This document shows, in pieces, positions 44,105 to 55,211 of a stretch of 64,000 bases of DNA. The translations under genes were made by a program, and so were the position numbers. The notes below the pieces were generated by a model. That model saw nothing but the letters and a program-made list of their open reading frames with translations, was not told where the DNA came from and did no database searches. Every line of letters begins with the position of its first letter. Position 1 is the first letter of the stretch. This DNA comes from an uncultured delta proteobacterium (GTDB lineage: Bacteria; Myxococcota_A; Polyangia; Palsa-1104). The stretch spans positions 32,001 to 96,000 of the forward strand of contig CAWAWS010000014.1 of NCBI GenBank assembly GCA_963785725.1, written 5' to 3'.

Positions 44105-44983
44105 TCAAAGCGTCGCGAGCAGCTCGTGGGCCCGCGCGTCGTCGGGACGGAGCTGCAAATAGCGGGTCAAATGCGTGCGCGCGGCGTCGTGCTCGCCGTC
44201 GCGGGCGCAGGCGACGCCCAAGTTGTAGTGCGCGTCGGCGAACTCGGGACAGCTCGAGACCACGCGATACCACTCCATGCGCGCCAAGGCCCGCTCGCCG
44301 ATGTCGTCGAGCAGGTTGCCGAGGTTGTAGCGCGCCTCGGGCTGCTCGGGATCGAGCGCCAGCGCCTTTTCGTAGTGCTCGCGCCCTTCGCCGCGTTCGC
44401 CGCGCCGATAAAGCAGGTTGCCCAAGTTGGTGTGCGCCGCGGCCAGCGCCGGATCGCCGGCCAGCGCCTGCCGATAGGCCGTCAATGCCGCCTCTTCGTC
44501 GCCGCGCGCTTCGGCGGCGCCGCCTTCGATGAACCAGCCCCACGGGCTGTCGGCCAGCGTCGTCGCCGCCGTCTCGGCTTTGGGCGGCGTCGGCGCGGCC
44601 AGCTCCGCGACCTGGCCTTCCAACTCCTCGATGGCGAAGTCCATCACCAGCTGGCCCGACAGCGGCTCGAACGCGGCCGTGCCGTCGCTGACGAGCAGCT
44701 TCTCGCCGTCGGAGCGGACGCGCAGCCGCGCCAGCGGACGATCGATGCCCGGCCACTGCGCGCGCAGCGCCTCCAAGTTCTTGCGCGCCCGCTGCAAGGT
44801 CACGCCGCGATCGAGCAGCTCCTTGGCCGTGCGCACGCCGACGAGATCTTGGAACGTGTAGACCGTGCGTCCGCCCGAGCGCTCCGACGGACCGACGACG
44901 CCCGTCTGCGCCCAATAACGCACGCGCGACTCGGAGATGCCGACGATCTGCGCCACGTCGCGCGATGTGTACATCTGCTTCAT
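44105..44983 (-). CDS. MerR-type HTH + TPR protein
   Basis: YTSRDVAQ...VRYW...YTFQDL; C-terminal TPRs (AHTNLG, ARYNLG, AHYNLG). Confidence 0.87.
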   Translation of the reverse strand: MKQMYTSRDVAQIVGISESRVRYWAQTGVVGPSERSGGRTVYTFQDLVGVRTAKELLDRGVTLQRARKNLEALRAQWPGIDRPLARLRVRSDGEKLLVSDGTAAFEPLSGQLVMDFAIEELEGQVAELAAPTPPKAETAATTLADSPWGWFIEGGAAEARGDEEAALTAYRQALAGDPALAAAHTNLGNLLYRRGERGEGREHYEKALALDPEQPEARYNLGNLLDDIGERALARMEWYRVVSSCPEFADAHYNLGVACARDGEHDAARTHLTRYLQLRPDDARAHELLATL

Positions 44984-45426
44984 TCGTCGACGTCGACGTC
45001 GAGGTAGATGAGCGTTCCCGCCGCGCGGACGCGCACTTCGCCGGCGCGGACTTTGACTGGTCCGTCGCACAGGCGCTGCGCTTCGCGCTCGGCCAGCTTC
45101 TGCACGCGACGCAGCATGCGCGCGTCGTCGCCGATGAGCTGCGCCAGGTGCTCGGTCATGCGCACGTCGCACGGGTCGCGCACCAGCTGCGCCAGCTCGG
45201 CGACGTCGATCGTGACCATCGTCGAGCCGAAGTAGCGCTGCGCGGCCGTCGGCGAGGCGGCGCGCTTGCCCTCGGACAAAATGCGCGCGCGATCGAGCAC
45301 GAGATCGATGGCGGCGACGGACAAGCGCTCGCGGACTTCGCGCTCGAACAAGGTGACACGCTCGGCGCGCGCCATCGGCTTCTTGGTCAGGAGCGCATCG
45401 AGATCGCGCGCGAGCTGCGGCTTCAT
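44980..45426 (-). CDS. Hypothetical protein
   Basis: ATGA overlaps with both neighbours. Confidence 0.7.
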   Translation of the reverse strand: MKPQLARDLDALLTKKPMARAERVTLFEREVRERLSVAAIDLVLDRARILSEGKRAASPTAAQRYFGSTMVTIDVAELAQLVRDPCDVRMTEHLAQLIGDDARMLRRVQKLAEREAQRLCDGPVKVRAGEVRVRAAGTLIYLDVDVDE

Positions 45427-47060
45427 GGAGAGCCGAGCGTACTCGGATCGGCGAGGTGATCGCAATTTAACGACGGCATCGAAAGCAGCTGCCGCGCGCG
45501 TGCCAACGCCGTCTCACGCGCGACGCCGATCGCGCAGGCCTGATGCGCGGCGAGGAACGCTTGCCAGGCGGCGAAGCGCAGCGTCTGCGGCTCGTCGAGC
45601 GCGATCGTCACCGGCACGACGACGGCCTCTTTCGCCAACGCGCGGTCGAGGTCGAGATCGTATTGCACGACGCGCGGCTCACGTGAGACGAGCTGCGCGG
45701 TCACGACATCGCGCGGCCCGAGCAGCGGCGCCAGCTGCGGCTGCTCGTGCACGCGCTCGTCGCGATAGCCGGGATAGGCCAAGAAGTGGCGATGCACGAC
45801 GTCGAGATCCGGCCGCCGGCCTTCGACCGCCGTCAGATACCACAGGCCGAAGATGGTCTGGAAGTCGCTGGTGACGACGAGCGCGCGCGGCGGCGCGGCG
45901 TCGAGGAAGCGGCCGAGCGTGGCGCTGGTGTCGCCGAAGCCGGCGCGCGACCAGCGCGCAAAGCCGCTGCCGCCGCCGATGACGACGCTGACGACGAGCG
46001 CGCCCGCGACGACGCGAGCCGCGCGCGGTCGCTGCGCCGCGGCCGCGATGACGGCCGGCAGCGCGCACGCCAACGCCGCCAGCAGCGCCACGGCCGCTTC
46101 GAGGTAGCCGTAGGCGTCGGGATTGGCGGGATCGAAGCCGACCAGCGCCGGCGTCGCGGCATCGGCGAGCGCGGCGGCGAGCAAGAGGAGCGCCAGCCGC
46201 ACGCGACCGAGGCGCATGAGCACGTACGCGCCGCCGAGCGCCGCCAGCGCGCCGACGAGCCACAGCTCGGCCGCGAGCGCGCCGGCCACGCCCGCGATGT
46301 CGGTCGCCTGCCCGCGCGCCACCGCTTTTTGGAACGCGCGCGCGCTGACGGTCCAAAAGAGGCGCGCGAACGTCGTCGGCGCGCCCCAGTTCACGAGCGG
46401 ATGACGCGCGGCGCGCAGCGGCAAATAACACCACATGGCGAGGCCCAGCGTGGCGACGGCGAGCGCGCGCAGGCTCGTCCGCGCGCCGACGCCGGTCGCG
46501 AACAGCAGCGCCGCCGGCACGACGAACGTCAGCGCCAACAGGTGATGATTCGACAGCGCCAGGCCGGCCGCGAGCGCCGCCGTGTAGACGCGCCGGCGGT
46601 CGCCGGTCTCGTCATAGCGCGCCAATTCGTAGGCCGCCGTGACGACGAGCAGCGCCGACAGCGCGTAGACCTCGGGGCGAACGGCTTGGAAGGCGGCGGC
46701 ATACGAGAGCGCGAACAGGAGGCCGGCCGCGGCGCCGAGGACGTCGTCGATGCGCGCGTCCGATTGCGCCGGCAGCCGCGCACGTCGCGCCACGAGCGCG
46801 CCGAGGCGCGTCGTCTGCGCCGCCGCCGCCGCGCCCGCCAACGCCGACGCCAAGCCGACGCGCAGCGCGACCGATCCGAAGGGCATGAGCGCGCAGGCAC
46901 GCCCGAGCAGCGACGGCAGCGGATGGCCGGGTGGATGCGCGACGCCGAGCCCGAACGCCGCCGCCGCCAACTCCGACGAGTCGAGCCAATAGACATCGGG
47001 CGCCAACCCGGCGACGTAAAAGACGAACGCGACCAGGAAGACGAGGAGCGGCGCCGTTAT
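45423..47060 (-). CDS. DUF2723/TMEM260-family membrane glycosyltransferase (GT-C fold); apparent ATA start
   Basis: DSSEL, GVAHPPGHPL, EVYAL, SNHH, YLPLRA, NWG. Confidence 0.85.
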   Translation of the reverse strand: MTAPLLVFLVAFVFYVAGLAPDVYWLDSSELAAAAFGLGVAHPPGHPLPSLLGRACALMPFGSVALRVGLASALAGAAAAAQTTRLGALVARRARLPAQSDARIDDVLGAAAGLLFALSYAAAFQAVRPEVYALSALLVVTAAYELARYDETGDRRRVYTAALAAGLALSNHHLLALTFVVPAALLFATGVGARTSLRALAVATLGLAMWCYLPLRAARHPLVNWGAPTTFARLFWTVSARAFQKAVARGQATDIAGVAGALAAELWLVGALAALGGAYVLMRLGRVRLALLLLAAALADAATPALVGFDPANPDAYGYLEAAVALLAALACALPAVIAAAAQRPRAARVVAGALVVSVVIGGGSGFARWSRAGFGDTSATLGRFLDAAPPRALVVTSDFQTIFGLWYLTAVEGRRPDLDVVHRHFLAYPGYRDERVHEQPQLAPLLGPRDVVTAQLVSREPRVVQYDLDLDRALAKEAVVVPVTIALDEPQTLRFAAWQAFLAAHQACAIGVARETALARARQLLSMPSLNCDHLADPSTLGSP

Positions 47061-47584
47061 TCGAGCTCGTTTTGCGTGAACAGCCCCGAGCCGCCCTGCA
47101 CGCCGTCGTTGGTGCCGGCACAGCTGCGCTGGAAGGTCGAGTAGATGCCGTTGCCGTTGAAGTCGCCCTGCGCGGTCATGTACGAGGTGGCCGACGTGAA
47201 GACGCCGCTCGACGTGTAGGCATACGAAAAATATTGCGGATCTTGGACCATGAAGTCGAGCGCCACCCAGCCGCCCTGCTTCCACTCGGTCGGCTGCGAC
47301 TGATATTTCGTGCCGGCGTTGGCGGTGATGACGGAGAGCGCGGGCACGGCCGGCGCGTTCGTCGGGAACTGGCGGTTCTGGATCGAGCCGTTGATGTCGG
47401 CGTGCTCACCGACGTAATAGGCGACGGCGCCGTCGTACATTTTGCGAATGTTCATCAGCGCCTCGGCGGTCTTGGAGCGGCGCGTGTACTTGATGAAGCT
47501 GGGGATGGCGACGGCAGCCAGCACTCCGATGATCGCGACGACGATCATGAGCTCGATGAGGGTGAAGGCGCGAACTTTGCGCAT
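47057..47584 (-). CDS. Type IV pilin-like protein
   Basis: MRKVRA|FTLIELMIVVAIIGVLAAVAIP prepilin motif. Confidence 0.93.
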   Translation of the reverse strand: MRKVRAFTLIELMIVVAIIGVLAAVAIPSFIKYTRRSKTAEALMNIRKMYDGAVAYYVGEHADINGSIQNRQFPTNAPAVPALSVITANAGTKYQSQPTEWKQGGWVALDFMVQDPQYFSYAYTSSGVFTSATSYMTAQGDFNGNGIYSTFQRSCAGTNDGVQGGSGLFTQNELE

Positions 47585-47590
47585 GAGTTT

Positions 47591-47620
47591 ATTGTAAACC
47601 GAATTACACGAAAAATGCAA
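47591..47620 (-). promoter_or_regulatory. sigma70-type promoter of the pilin gene (probably leaderless)
   Basis: TTGCAT-18 nt-TACAAT-6 nt-ATG on the minus strand. Confidence 0.55.
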
Positions 47621-47626
47621 ATATCG

Positions 47627-48481
47627 TCATTGAATCATGACGAAGCGGCCGTCCGGGCCTTCGCCGGCGAGCGCGCGGCTGTTGCCGGCCGAGTCGAGCA
47701 GCGTGATGGCGCGGATGCCTTTGCCGGCCTCGACGTCGAAGACGCCGGCGACGGCACGCTTGCGCTCCTCGACCGACATCGTGTCCCAGCGGCCGTCGAT
47801 GATGGTGGCGGTGAGCGAGCCGCCGCCGGTGCGGCCGTTGCCGAGCTGCAGCGTGCCGGCGACGTCGCTCAGGTCGTAGGTCGACGACGTGTCGCGCGCC
47901 GACAGCCAAATCGAGACGCCGGCGGCGATGAGGCCGACGACCGCCAGCGCCGCCGCGATGCCCATGCGATTGCCGGGCGCGTGCTCGACCTTGGGAATGC
48001 GCGTCGTCGGCACCGCCGCTTCCGGCCCTTGCGCCGCCGTCTCGGCCTCGCGCAGCATCTGCTGGTGCTCGTCTTCGGCCTTCTGCTCGGCCACGAGCGC
48101 CGTCATCTGGTCGATCGCCCGCTGAAAGTCGGCGCGCTGAATGCCGAGCTGGTCGCGCAGCTTGACCTGCTCGCCGCGCGGAATCGCCGTCAGCGCCTGC
48201 GGCATACGCACCGGCACGCCCAGCTCTTTTTCGTAGGCCTTGAAGACCAACAGCGGCGGCGCCACCTCTTCGGCGCTCAATCCCGGCTGCGCGACCAAGA
48301 TCTTCCACACCGGATCGAGGCGGAACTCGCCCTCGCGCCATAGCTCGCCGAACGCGGAGTCAATGACCCCACGCACAGTTTTACTATCGACGACTTGGCA
48401 CACGCGGCTCTTCTCCAAGCACATCATCAGGGCGTCGATCAGCACCCTGCGCTTGGCCGCGACCGCCTCGGCAGACTCCAT
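47627..48481 (-). CDS. Hypothetical single-pass membrane protein
   Basis: GC3-biased ORF with one TM helix. Confidence 0.7.
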   Translation of the reverse strand: MESAEAVAAKRRVLIDALMMCLEKSRVCQVVDSKTVRGVIDSAFGELWREGEFRLDPVWKILVAQPGLSAEEVAPPLLVFKAYEKELGVPVRMPQALTAIPRGEQVKLRDQLGIQRADFQRAIDQMTALVAEQKAEDEHQQMLREAETAAQGPEAAVPTTRIPKVEHAPGNRMGIAAALAVVGLIAAGVSIWLSARDTSSTYDLSDVAGTLQLGNGRTGGGSLTATIIDGRWDTMSVEERKRAVAGVFDVEAGKGIRAITLLDSAGNSRALAGEGPDGRFVMIQ

Positions 48482-48540
48482 CCGGGCAGATCATCGCCCT
48501 TGTCAGATTGGGTTGTCAATTTGTGGTAACGTCGCGAACC

Positions 48541-50050
<1,510 letters not shown>

Positions 50051-50053
50051 CCG

Positions 50054-51007
50054 GTGCGCATCCTCGTCGTCATGGATCCGGTCGAGCACCTCAATCCCGA
50101 AGGCGACACGACGCTGGTGCTGATCGAGGAGATGCATCGCCGCGGCCACACGGTCGAAGTGTGCATCGGCGAAGACTTGGAGCTCGAGCGCGGTGAAGCG
50201 GCGGCGGTGGTCTCGACGGTGACGGCGGTCGATCGCGGCGGCTTCCCGTGCATCAAGCTCGAAGGCGGCCATTGGCGTCAGATCGGCGACTACGACTCGG
50301 TCTGGATGCGCAAAGATCCGCCGTTCGACCAGGCCTATTATTTTTACACGCTGATCCTCGAGCAGGCGCGCGGCAAGACGCTGCTCGTCAACGATCCGCG
50401 CGGTCTGCGCGACGCCAACGAGAAGCTCTATATCTTCAACTTCCCGTCGCTGATTCCGCCGACGCGGGTGACGCAGTCGCTGGCCCGGCTGCGCGACTTC
50501 TTGGACGCGCAAGGCGGTCAGATGATCGTCAAGCCGCTCGACCAGTTCGGCGGCGGCGGCGTCTTTCACGTGCGCCGCGACGATCGCAACACGAACTCGA
50601 TCTTGGAGTCGGTGTCGGACGGCGGCAAGCGGCTGGTGATGGCGCAGGCCTATTTGCCCGACGTGCGCCGCGGCGACAAGCGGATCCTGTTGCTCGATGG
50701 TGAGCCGATCGGCGCCGTCCTGCGCGTGCCGCGCGACGACGAGACGCGCTCCAACCTGCACGTCGGCGGCACAGCGGTGCAGACGACGCTCGACGATCGC
50801 GAGCGCGAGATCTGCGCGACCATCGGCCCCAAGCTGCGCGCCGACGGGCTCTACTTCGTCGGCATCGACGTCATCGGCGGCATGCTCACCGAAGTGAACG
50901 TCACCTCGCCGACGGGCATGCAAGAGATCGATCGGCTCGAGAGCTGTAGGCTGGAGACGCGCGTCGTCGACTGGCTCGAAGAGCGCGCGCGGACGATCCG
51001 GCAGTGA
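50054..51007 (+). CDS. gshB: Glutathione synthetase
   Basis: MRKDPP, NEKL, KPL, GDKRILL, RSNLHVGG, EVNVTSPTG. Confidence 0.95.
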   Translation: MRILVVMDPVEHLNPEGDTTLVLIEEMHRRGHTVEVCIGEDLELERGEAAAVVSTVTAVDRGGFPCIKLEGGHWRQIGDYDSVWMRKDPPFDQAYYFYTLILEQARGKTLLVNDPRGLRDANEKLYIFNFPSLIPPTRVTQSLARLRDFLDAQGGQMIVKPLDQFGGGGVFHVRRDDRNTNSILESVSDGGKRLVMAQAYLPDVRRGDKRILLLDGEPIGAVLRVPRDDETRSNLHVGGTAVQTTLDDREREICATIGPKLRADGLYFVGIDVIGGMLTEVNVTSPTGMQEIDRLESCRLETRVVDWLEERARTIRQ

Positions 51008-52854
51008 CCGCGCCACCAGCCGAAAGCGGCAGCGACGCGCGCAATCGCTACGAGCGGTGGCTGCCGTTGTTGTGGCTGGCGCTGGCGTTCCTCGTGCTCG
51101 GGCCGACGCTGCGGACGCCGGCGCAGTTCGCGTCGTCCTACGATTGGCGGCTGTTCGAGACCTGGATCGAAGCGGGGCGGCGCTCGCTCGTCTGGTACCA
51201 CCAGTTTCCGCTGTGGAACCCGTGGACGTGCGGCGGTCAGGTCTATCTCGCCAACCCGCAGTCGTTGGTCGCCACGCCAACCTTCGCGCTCATCGTCGTC
51301 TTCGGCACGGCGCTCGGCATCAAGCTGATGCTCGTCGCCTATCACTTCTGCGCCTTCGACGGTGAGTATCGCCTCGCGCGCGACTACGGCCTCAGCATCG
51401 CCGCGTCGATCTTCGCCGCCATCCTCTTCGGCTGCGGCGGCTGGCTGGCGCTGCATTACGCCGAAGGCCACGCCACGTTCCTCGGTGCCACGCTCTTTCC
51501 CTACGCGATGTTCTTCTATCGCAAGAGCGTGCAAGCCTCGTCGCCGCCGAGCGAGCAGCGGCCGATCGCCTGGGAATGGACGCTGCCGCTCGGCGCCATC
51601 GCCGCTTGGATCGTCGGCGACGGCGGCACGTCGACGCCGCCGATGTGCATGGTCATCCTGGCGACGCTGGCGACGATCGAAGCCGTGCGCCGCCGCTCCT
51701 TGCGCCCGTTTGCGCCGCTGGTCGTGGCCGGCGCGGTCGCGTTCGCCGTCGGCGCCGTGCGCGTCTTGCCGGCGCTCGAGTTCGCGCTCGACCACCCGCG
51801 CCACCTCTTCGAGACCGACGCCAATACGCCCTGGTTCATGATCCACAACGCTTACACCTGGAAGGGGATCGAGCCGGTCGCCGGCAAGCGCTATTGGTTC
51901 CACGAGTATGGCTGGCGCTTGCCGTGGCTGACGATCCCCTTGTGGCTGTGGGCGGTCGTCGTCAAGCGCGCGCGGCCGCTGTGGATCTTCGTGCTCGTCG
52001 GTGGCGCCATCGTCGCCGGCAGCTTGTGGCCGTTCGGTCCGTGGTGGCTGTTGCATCAGCTGCCGATCTTTCGCGATCTGCGCGTGCCGTCGCGCTACCA
52101 GATCTTCTTCGCCATCGGCTTCCCGCTCTTGTGCGCCTTCGCGCTCGACGATTTACGCGCGCGCGCCTCCGGCTTGGCCGGCGCCAAGCGCTGGCTGCCG
52201 TGGCTGACGGCGATCGTCATCGTGGTCGCGCTGGGCGACGCCTTGTCGTTCGATTGGGAGCGCTGGGGCAAAGTCTTCGACAACAAGAGCGCGCTGGCGA
52301 CGCAAGACACGCCGTTCTATCAGCTCGTCGGCGAGTGGCGCTCGATGATGGCCAACGTCTTCGCCAACCACGGCGCCATCGGCTGCGACGAGGAAGCGCC
52401 GCTGCAGCGCGCGCTCGTGCTCGACGAGGGGCCGAATTTCGCGCAAGCGCGCGTCGACACCGAAGGCGCGGTCACCGCCAACGGGCACGTCGACATCGTC
52501 GGCAAGCCGAACGAGAGCGGCCGCGTGCTCGCCGTGCGCTGGACGCCGAACCGCGTCGAAGCCGACGTCGACCTGAGCGTGCCCGCCGCCGTCAGCGTCA
52601 ACGAGAACTGGAACGAGCACTGGCGCGCGCAAATGGACGGCGTGCCCATCGAGATGGTCCGCGTCGGCCCGAAGTTGGCGCGCGATCACGATGGCGGCCG
52701 CTTGGGCGCGCGCGTTCCCGCGGCCGGCAAGCACACCATCGTCTTCTATTATCGCCCGCGCTCGTTCGTCGTCGGCGCGGTCTTGAGCCTGCTCGCCATT
52801 CCGCTCGCCATCGCCGCCTGGTTCGTCTTGCGGCGCCGTCGCCGAGCGGCTTAG
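51004..52854 (+). CDS. YfhO-like polytopic membrane protein (GT-C-like)
   Basis: FPLWNPWTCGG..LANPQ, LRVPSRY, many TM helices, C-terminal YRP. Confidence 0.72.
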   Translation: MTAPPAESGSDARNRYERWLPLLWLALAFLVLGPTLRTPAQFASSYDWRLFETWIEAGRRSLVWYHQFPLWNPWTCGGQVYLANPQSLVATPTFALIVVFGTALGIKLMLVAYHFCAFDGEYRLARDYGLSIAASIFAAILFGCGGWLALHYAEGHATFLGATLFPYAMFFYRKSVQASSPPSEQRPIAWEWTLPLGAIAAWIVGDGGTSTPPMCMVILATLATIEAVRRRSLRPFAPLVVAGAVAFAVGAVRVLPALEFALDHPRHLFETDANTPWFMIHNAYTWKGIEPVAGKRYWFHEYGWRLPWLTIPLWLWAVVVKRARPLWIFVLVGGAIVAGSLWPFGPWWLLHQLPIFRDLRVPSRYQIFFAIGFPLLCAFALDDLRARASGLAGAKRWLPWLTAIVIVVALGDALSFDWERWGKVFDNKSALATQDTPFYQLVGEWRSMMANVFANHGAIGCDEEAPLQRALVLDEGPNFAQARVDTEGAVTANGHVDIVGKPNESGRVLAVRWTPNRVEADVDLSVPAAVSVNENWNEHWRAQMDGVPIEMVRVGPKLARDHDGGRLGARVPAAGKHTIVFYYRPRSFVVGAVLSLLAIPLAIAAWFVLRRRRRAA

Positions 52855-52856
52855 CG

Positions 52857-53219
52857 TTATCGTTCGGTCGGCAAGCCGCGGCTGAGCCAGTCGCGCCAGC
52901 CGCCGATGAGCGAAAACACGTTCTTGTAGCCCATGCGACGGATGGAATCGCCGGCCAGGATCGAGCGGAAACCGCCGCCGCAGTACAAGATCAGCTCGCT
53001 GTCTTTGTCGGGCACTTTGGCGACGATGTCGCGCTCGATGACGCCCTTGCCGATGTGCTCGGCGCCGGGCACGTGGCCGGCGCGGAATTCATCGTCTTCG
53101 CGCACGTCGATCACCCGCGCGCCGGCGCGGCGCCGCTCTTCGAGCGCCTCGATGCCGATCTCGCGAACACGCGCTTTGGCCTCGTCGACCAAAATCACGA
53201 ACTCTTTCGAATGATCCAT
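52857..53219 (-). CDS. Single-domain rhodanese/sulfurtransferase
   Basis: DVRE, GHVPGA, YCGGGFRS, LIGG. Confidence 0.92.
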   Translation of the reverse strand: MDHSKEFVILVDEAKARVREIGIEALEERRRAGARVIDVREDDEFRAGHVPGAEHIGKGVIERDIVAKVPDKDSELILYCGGGFRSILAGDSIRRMGYKNVFSLIGGWRDWLSRGLPTER

Positions 53220-53239
53220 TCGATCGATATACTCCCGAG

Positions 53240-54340
53240 ATGACGCCCCTGACACTGGAATTTCTGGAGAAGCTTCCCAAGACCGATCTGCACTGTCACC
53301 TCGATGGCAGCCTTCGCGTGGCGACGATTCTCGATCTCGCCGACAAGCAGAAGGTCAAGTTGCCGGCCGATAACGCCGACGCGCTGTTCAAGCACATCTA
53401 TGCCGGCGAGCGCTGTAAGTCGCTCGACGACTATTTGAAGGCGTTCGACATCACGCTCTCGGTGCTGCAGACCGAGGAGTCGCTCTATCGCGTCGCTTAC
53501 GAATTGGCCGAGGATTGCGCGCGCGAGAACGTGCGTTATCTCGAGGTTCGCTATTCGCCGATGCTGCACACGCAGCGTGGCCTCAAGCTGGCGCCGATCG
53601 TCGAGAGCGTCATTCAGGGGCTGCGCGCCGGCGAGCGCGACTTCGGCGTGCGCTCGGGCGTCATCTTGTGCGGCATTCGCTCGATCGATCCGGCGATGTC
53701 GCTGCGCATGGCCGAGCTGTGCGTCGCGTTCAAGAACCGCGGCGTCGTGGCCTTCGATCTGGCCGGCGCCGAATACAATTACCCGGCGAAAGATCACAAG
53801 CAGGCGTTCCAGCTCATCCTCGACAACAACGTCAACTGCACGGCGCACGCGGGTGAAGCGTACGGGCCGGAGTCGATCGCGCAGGCGATTCACTATTGCG
53901 GCGCGCATCGCATCGGCCACGGGACGCGGCTGCGCGAGAACGGCGACCTCCTCAACTACTTCAACGATCACCGCATCCCGCTCGAGATCTGCCTGTCGTC
54001 GAACATTCAGACGCGCGCGGCGCCGGATTTGGCGTCGCATCCGCTGCCGTTCTTCTTCACCTACGGCTTGCGCGTGACGATCAACACCGACAATCGCCTG
54101 GTGACCGATACGACGGTGTCCAAGGAGCTGTTGCTGGCGCATCAGCAGTACGGCTTCTCGCTCGACGACATCAAGGAGCTCATCATCAGCGGCTTCAAGT
54201 CGGCGTTCTTGCCCTATCGCGAGAAGGCGGATCTGCTGAAGAAAGTGACGCAGGAGCTGTCGCTCATGGTCGAGCCGACCGAGACGCGCAAGAGCCCGCC
54301 GCCGCCGGCCGTCACGGCCGCCGCCAAGCCCGTCAGTTAA
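53240..54340 (+). CDS. add: Adenosine deaminase
   Basis: DLHCHLDGS, HAGE, RIGHG, CLSSN, NTDN. Confidence 0.93.
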   Translation: MTPLTLEFLEKLPKTDLHCHLDGSLRVATILDLADKQKVKLPADNADALFKHIYAGERCKSLDDYLKAFDITLSVLQTEESLYRVAYELAEDCARENVRYLEVRYSPMLHTQRGLKLAPIVESVIQGLRAGERDFGVRSGVILCGIRSIDPAMSLRMAELCVAFKNRGVVAFDLAGAEYNYPAKDHKQAFQLILDNNVNCTAHAGEAYGPESIAQAIHYCGAHRIGHGTRLRENGDLLNYFNDHRIPLEICLSSNIQTRAAPDLASHPLPFFFTYGLRVTINTDNRLVTDTTVSKELLLAHQQYGFSLDDIKELIISGFKSAFLPYREKADLLKKVTQELSLMVEPTETRKSPPPPAVTAAAKPVS

Positions 54341-54449
54341 CGCAACACGTCGCTCACCCCACATTCGCCCTAAGGCAATCAGGGTTGCCTCGATCCCGAT
54401 CGCCGCGTTACCATTCGTGGGCCGATAACCCGGCGATGGTGTCGCACAC

Positions 54450-55211
54450 GTGATCGACAGCTACCTCAAGATGATCTGGAACTTCTGCTCGCGCATGACC
54501 CTGTCGACGCAGGATGCGCGCGAGGCGACGTTCGAGACCTTCGAGCGCGCCGCGCAGAGCGGCCATCCTCCTGCGGATCCGAAGGAATTGGAGCTGTGGC
54601 TGCTCAAGATCGCGGCCCACGTCATCGAGAAGCGGCTGCCGCCGACGCCGGAAGTCGACTTCGATCTGCTCGACGAGACGCTGCGCTCGGACGCCACGCG
54701 CACGCACGAAGTCTCGTCGCTGACGACGCCCGAGCGCGAGTTTTTGCTGTGGGAGCTGAAGCAAGGCTGCATGACGGCGGTCATCAACTGTCTGTCGCCG
54801 GGCGAGCGCGTGGCCTTCGTCATGTCGTCGGTGATGAGCAAGACCGACGAGGACGCCGCCAAGGCGCTCGGCATCAAGCTGTCGGCGTTCAAGGTCCGTC
54901 TGTCGCGCGCGCGCAAGAAGATCGGCGACTACTTGGCGCCACGCTGCGAGCACGTCGATCCGCGTAATCCTTGTCATTGTCCGTCGCGCATCGGCATCGC
55001 GCTCGCCAAAGGCTTCATCGCGCCGCCGCAGACGTCGGTGGTGCAGCTGCGCGTGCCGCAGCGGCCGTTCGATCAAGAGATCAAGTCGCGCGATTCGAAC
55101 CGGATCTTTCAGACGCTGCCGGAGCCGGAAGTGCCGGCTGAGCTGGTCGAGCAGCTGCGACAGGCGGCGGCGACCGGCGCGTGGACCCCGAAGGCCGTCG
55201 CCAAGAAGTAG
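54450..55211 (+). CDS. ECF sigma factor with a Cys-rich C-terminal extension
   Basis: Region 2 (DAREAT, WLLKIA), region 4 (FKVRLSRAR), tail CEHVDPRNPCHC. Confidence 0.82.
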   Translation: MIDSYLKMIWNFCSRMTLSTQDAREATFETFERAAQSGHPPADPKELELWLLKIAAHVIEKRLPPTPEVDFDLLDETLRSDATRTHEVSSLTTPEREFLLWELKQGCMTAVINCLSPGERVAFVMSSVMSKTDEDAAKALGIKLSAFKVRLSRARKKIGDYLAPRCEHVDPRNPCHCPSRIGIALAKGFIAPPQTSVVQLRVPQRPFDQEIKSRDSNRIFQTLPEPEVPAELVEQLRQAAATGAWTPKAVAKK

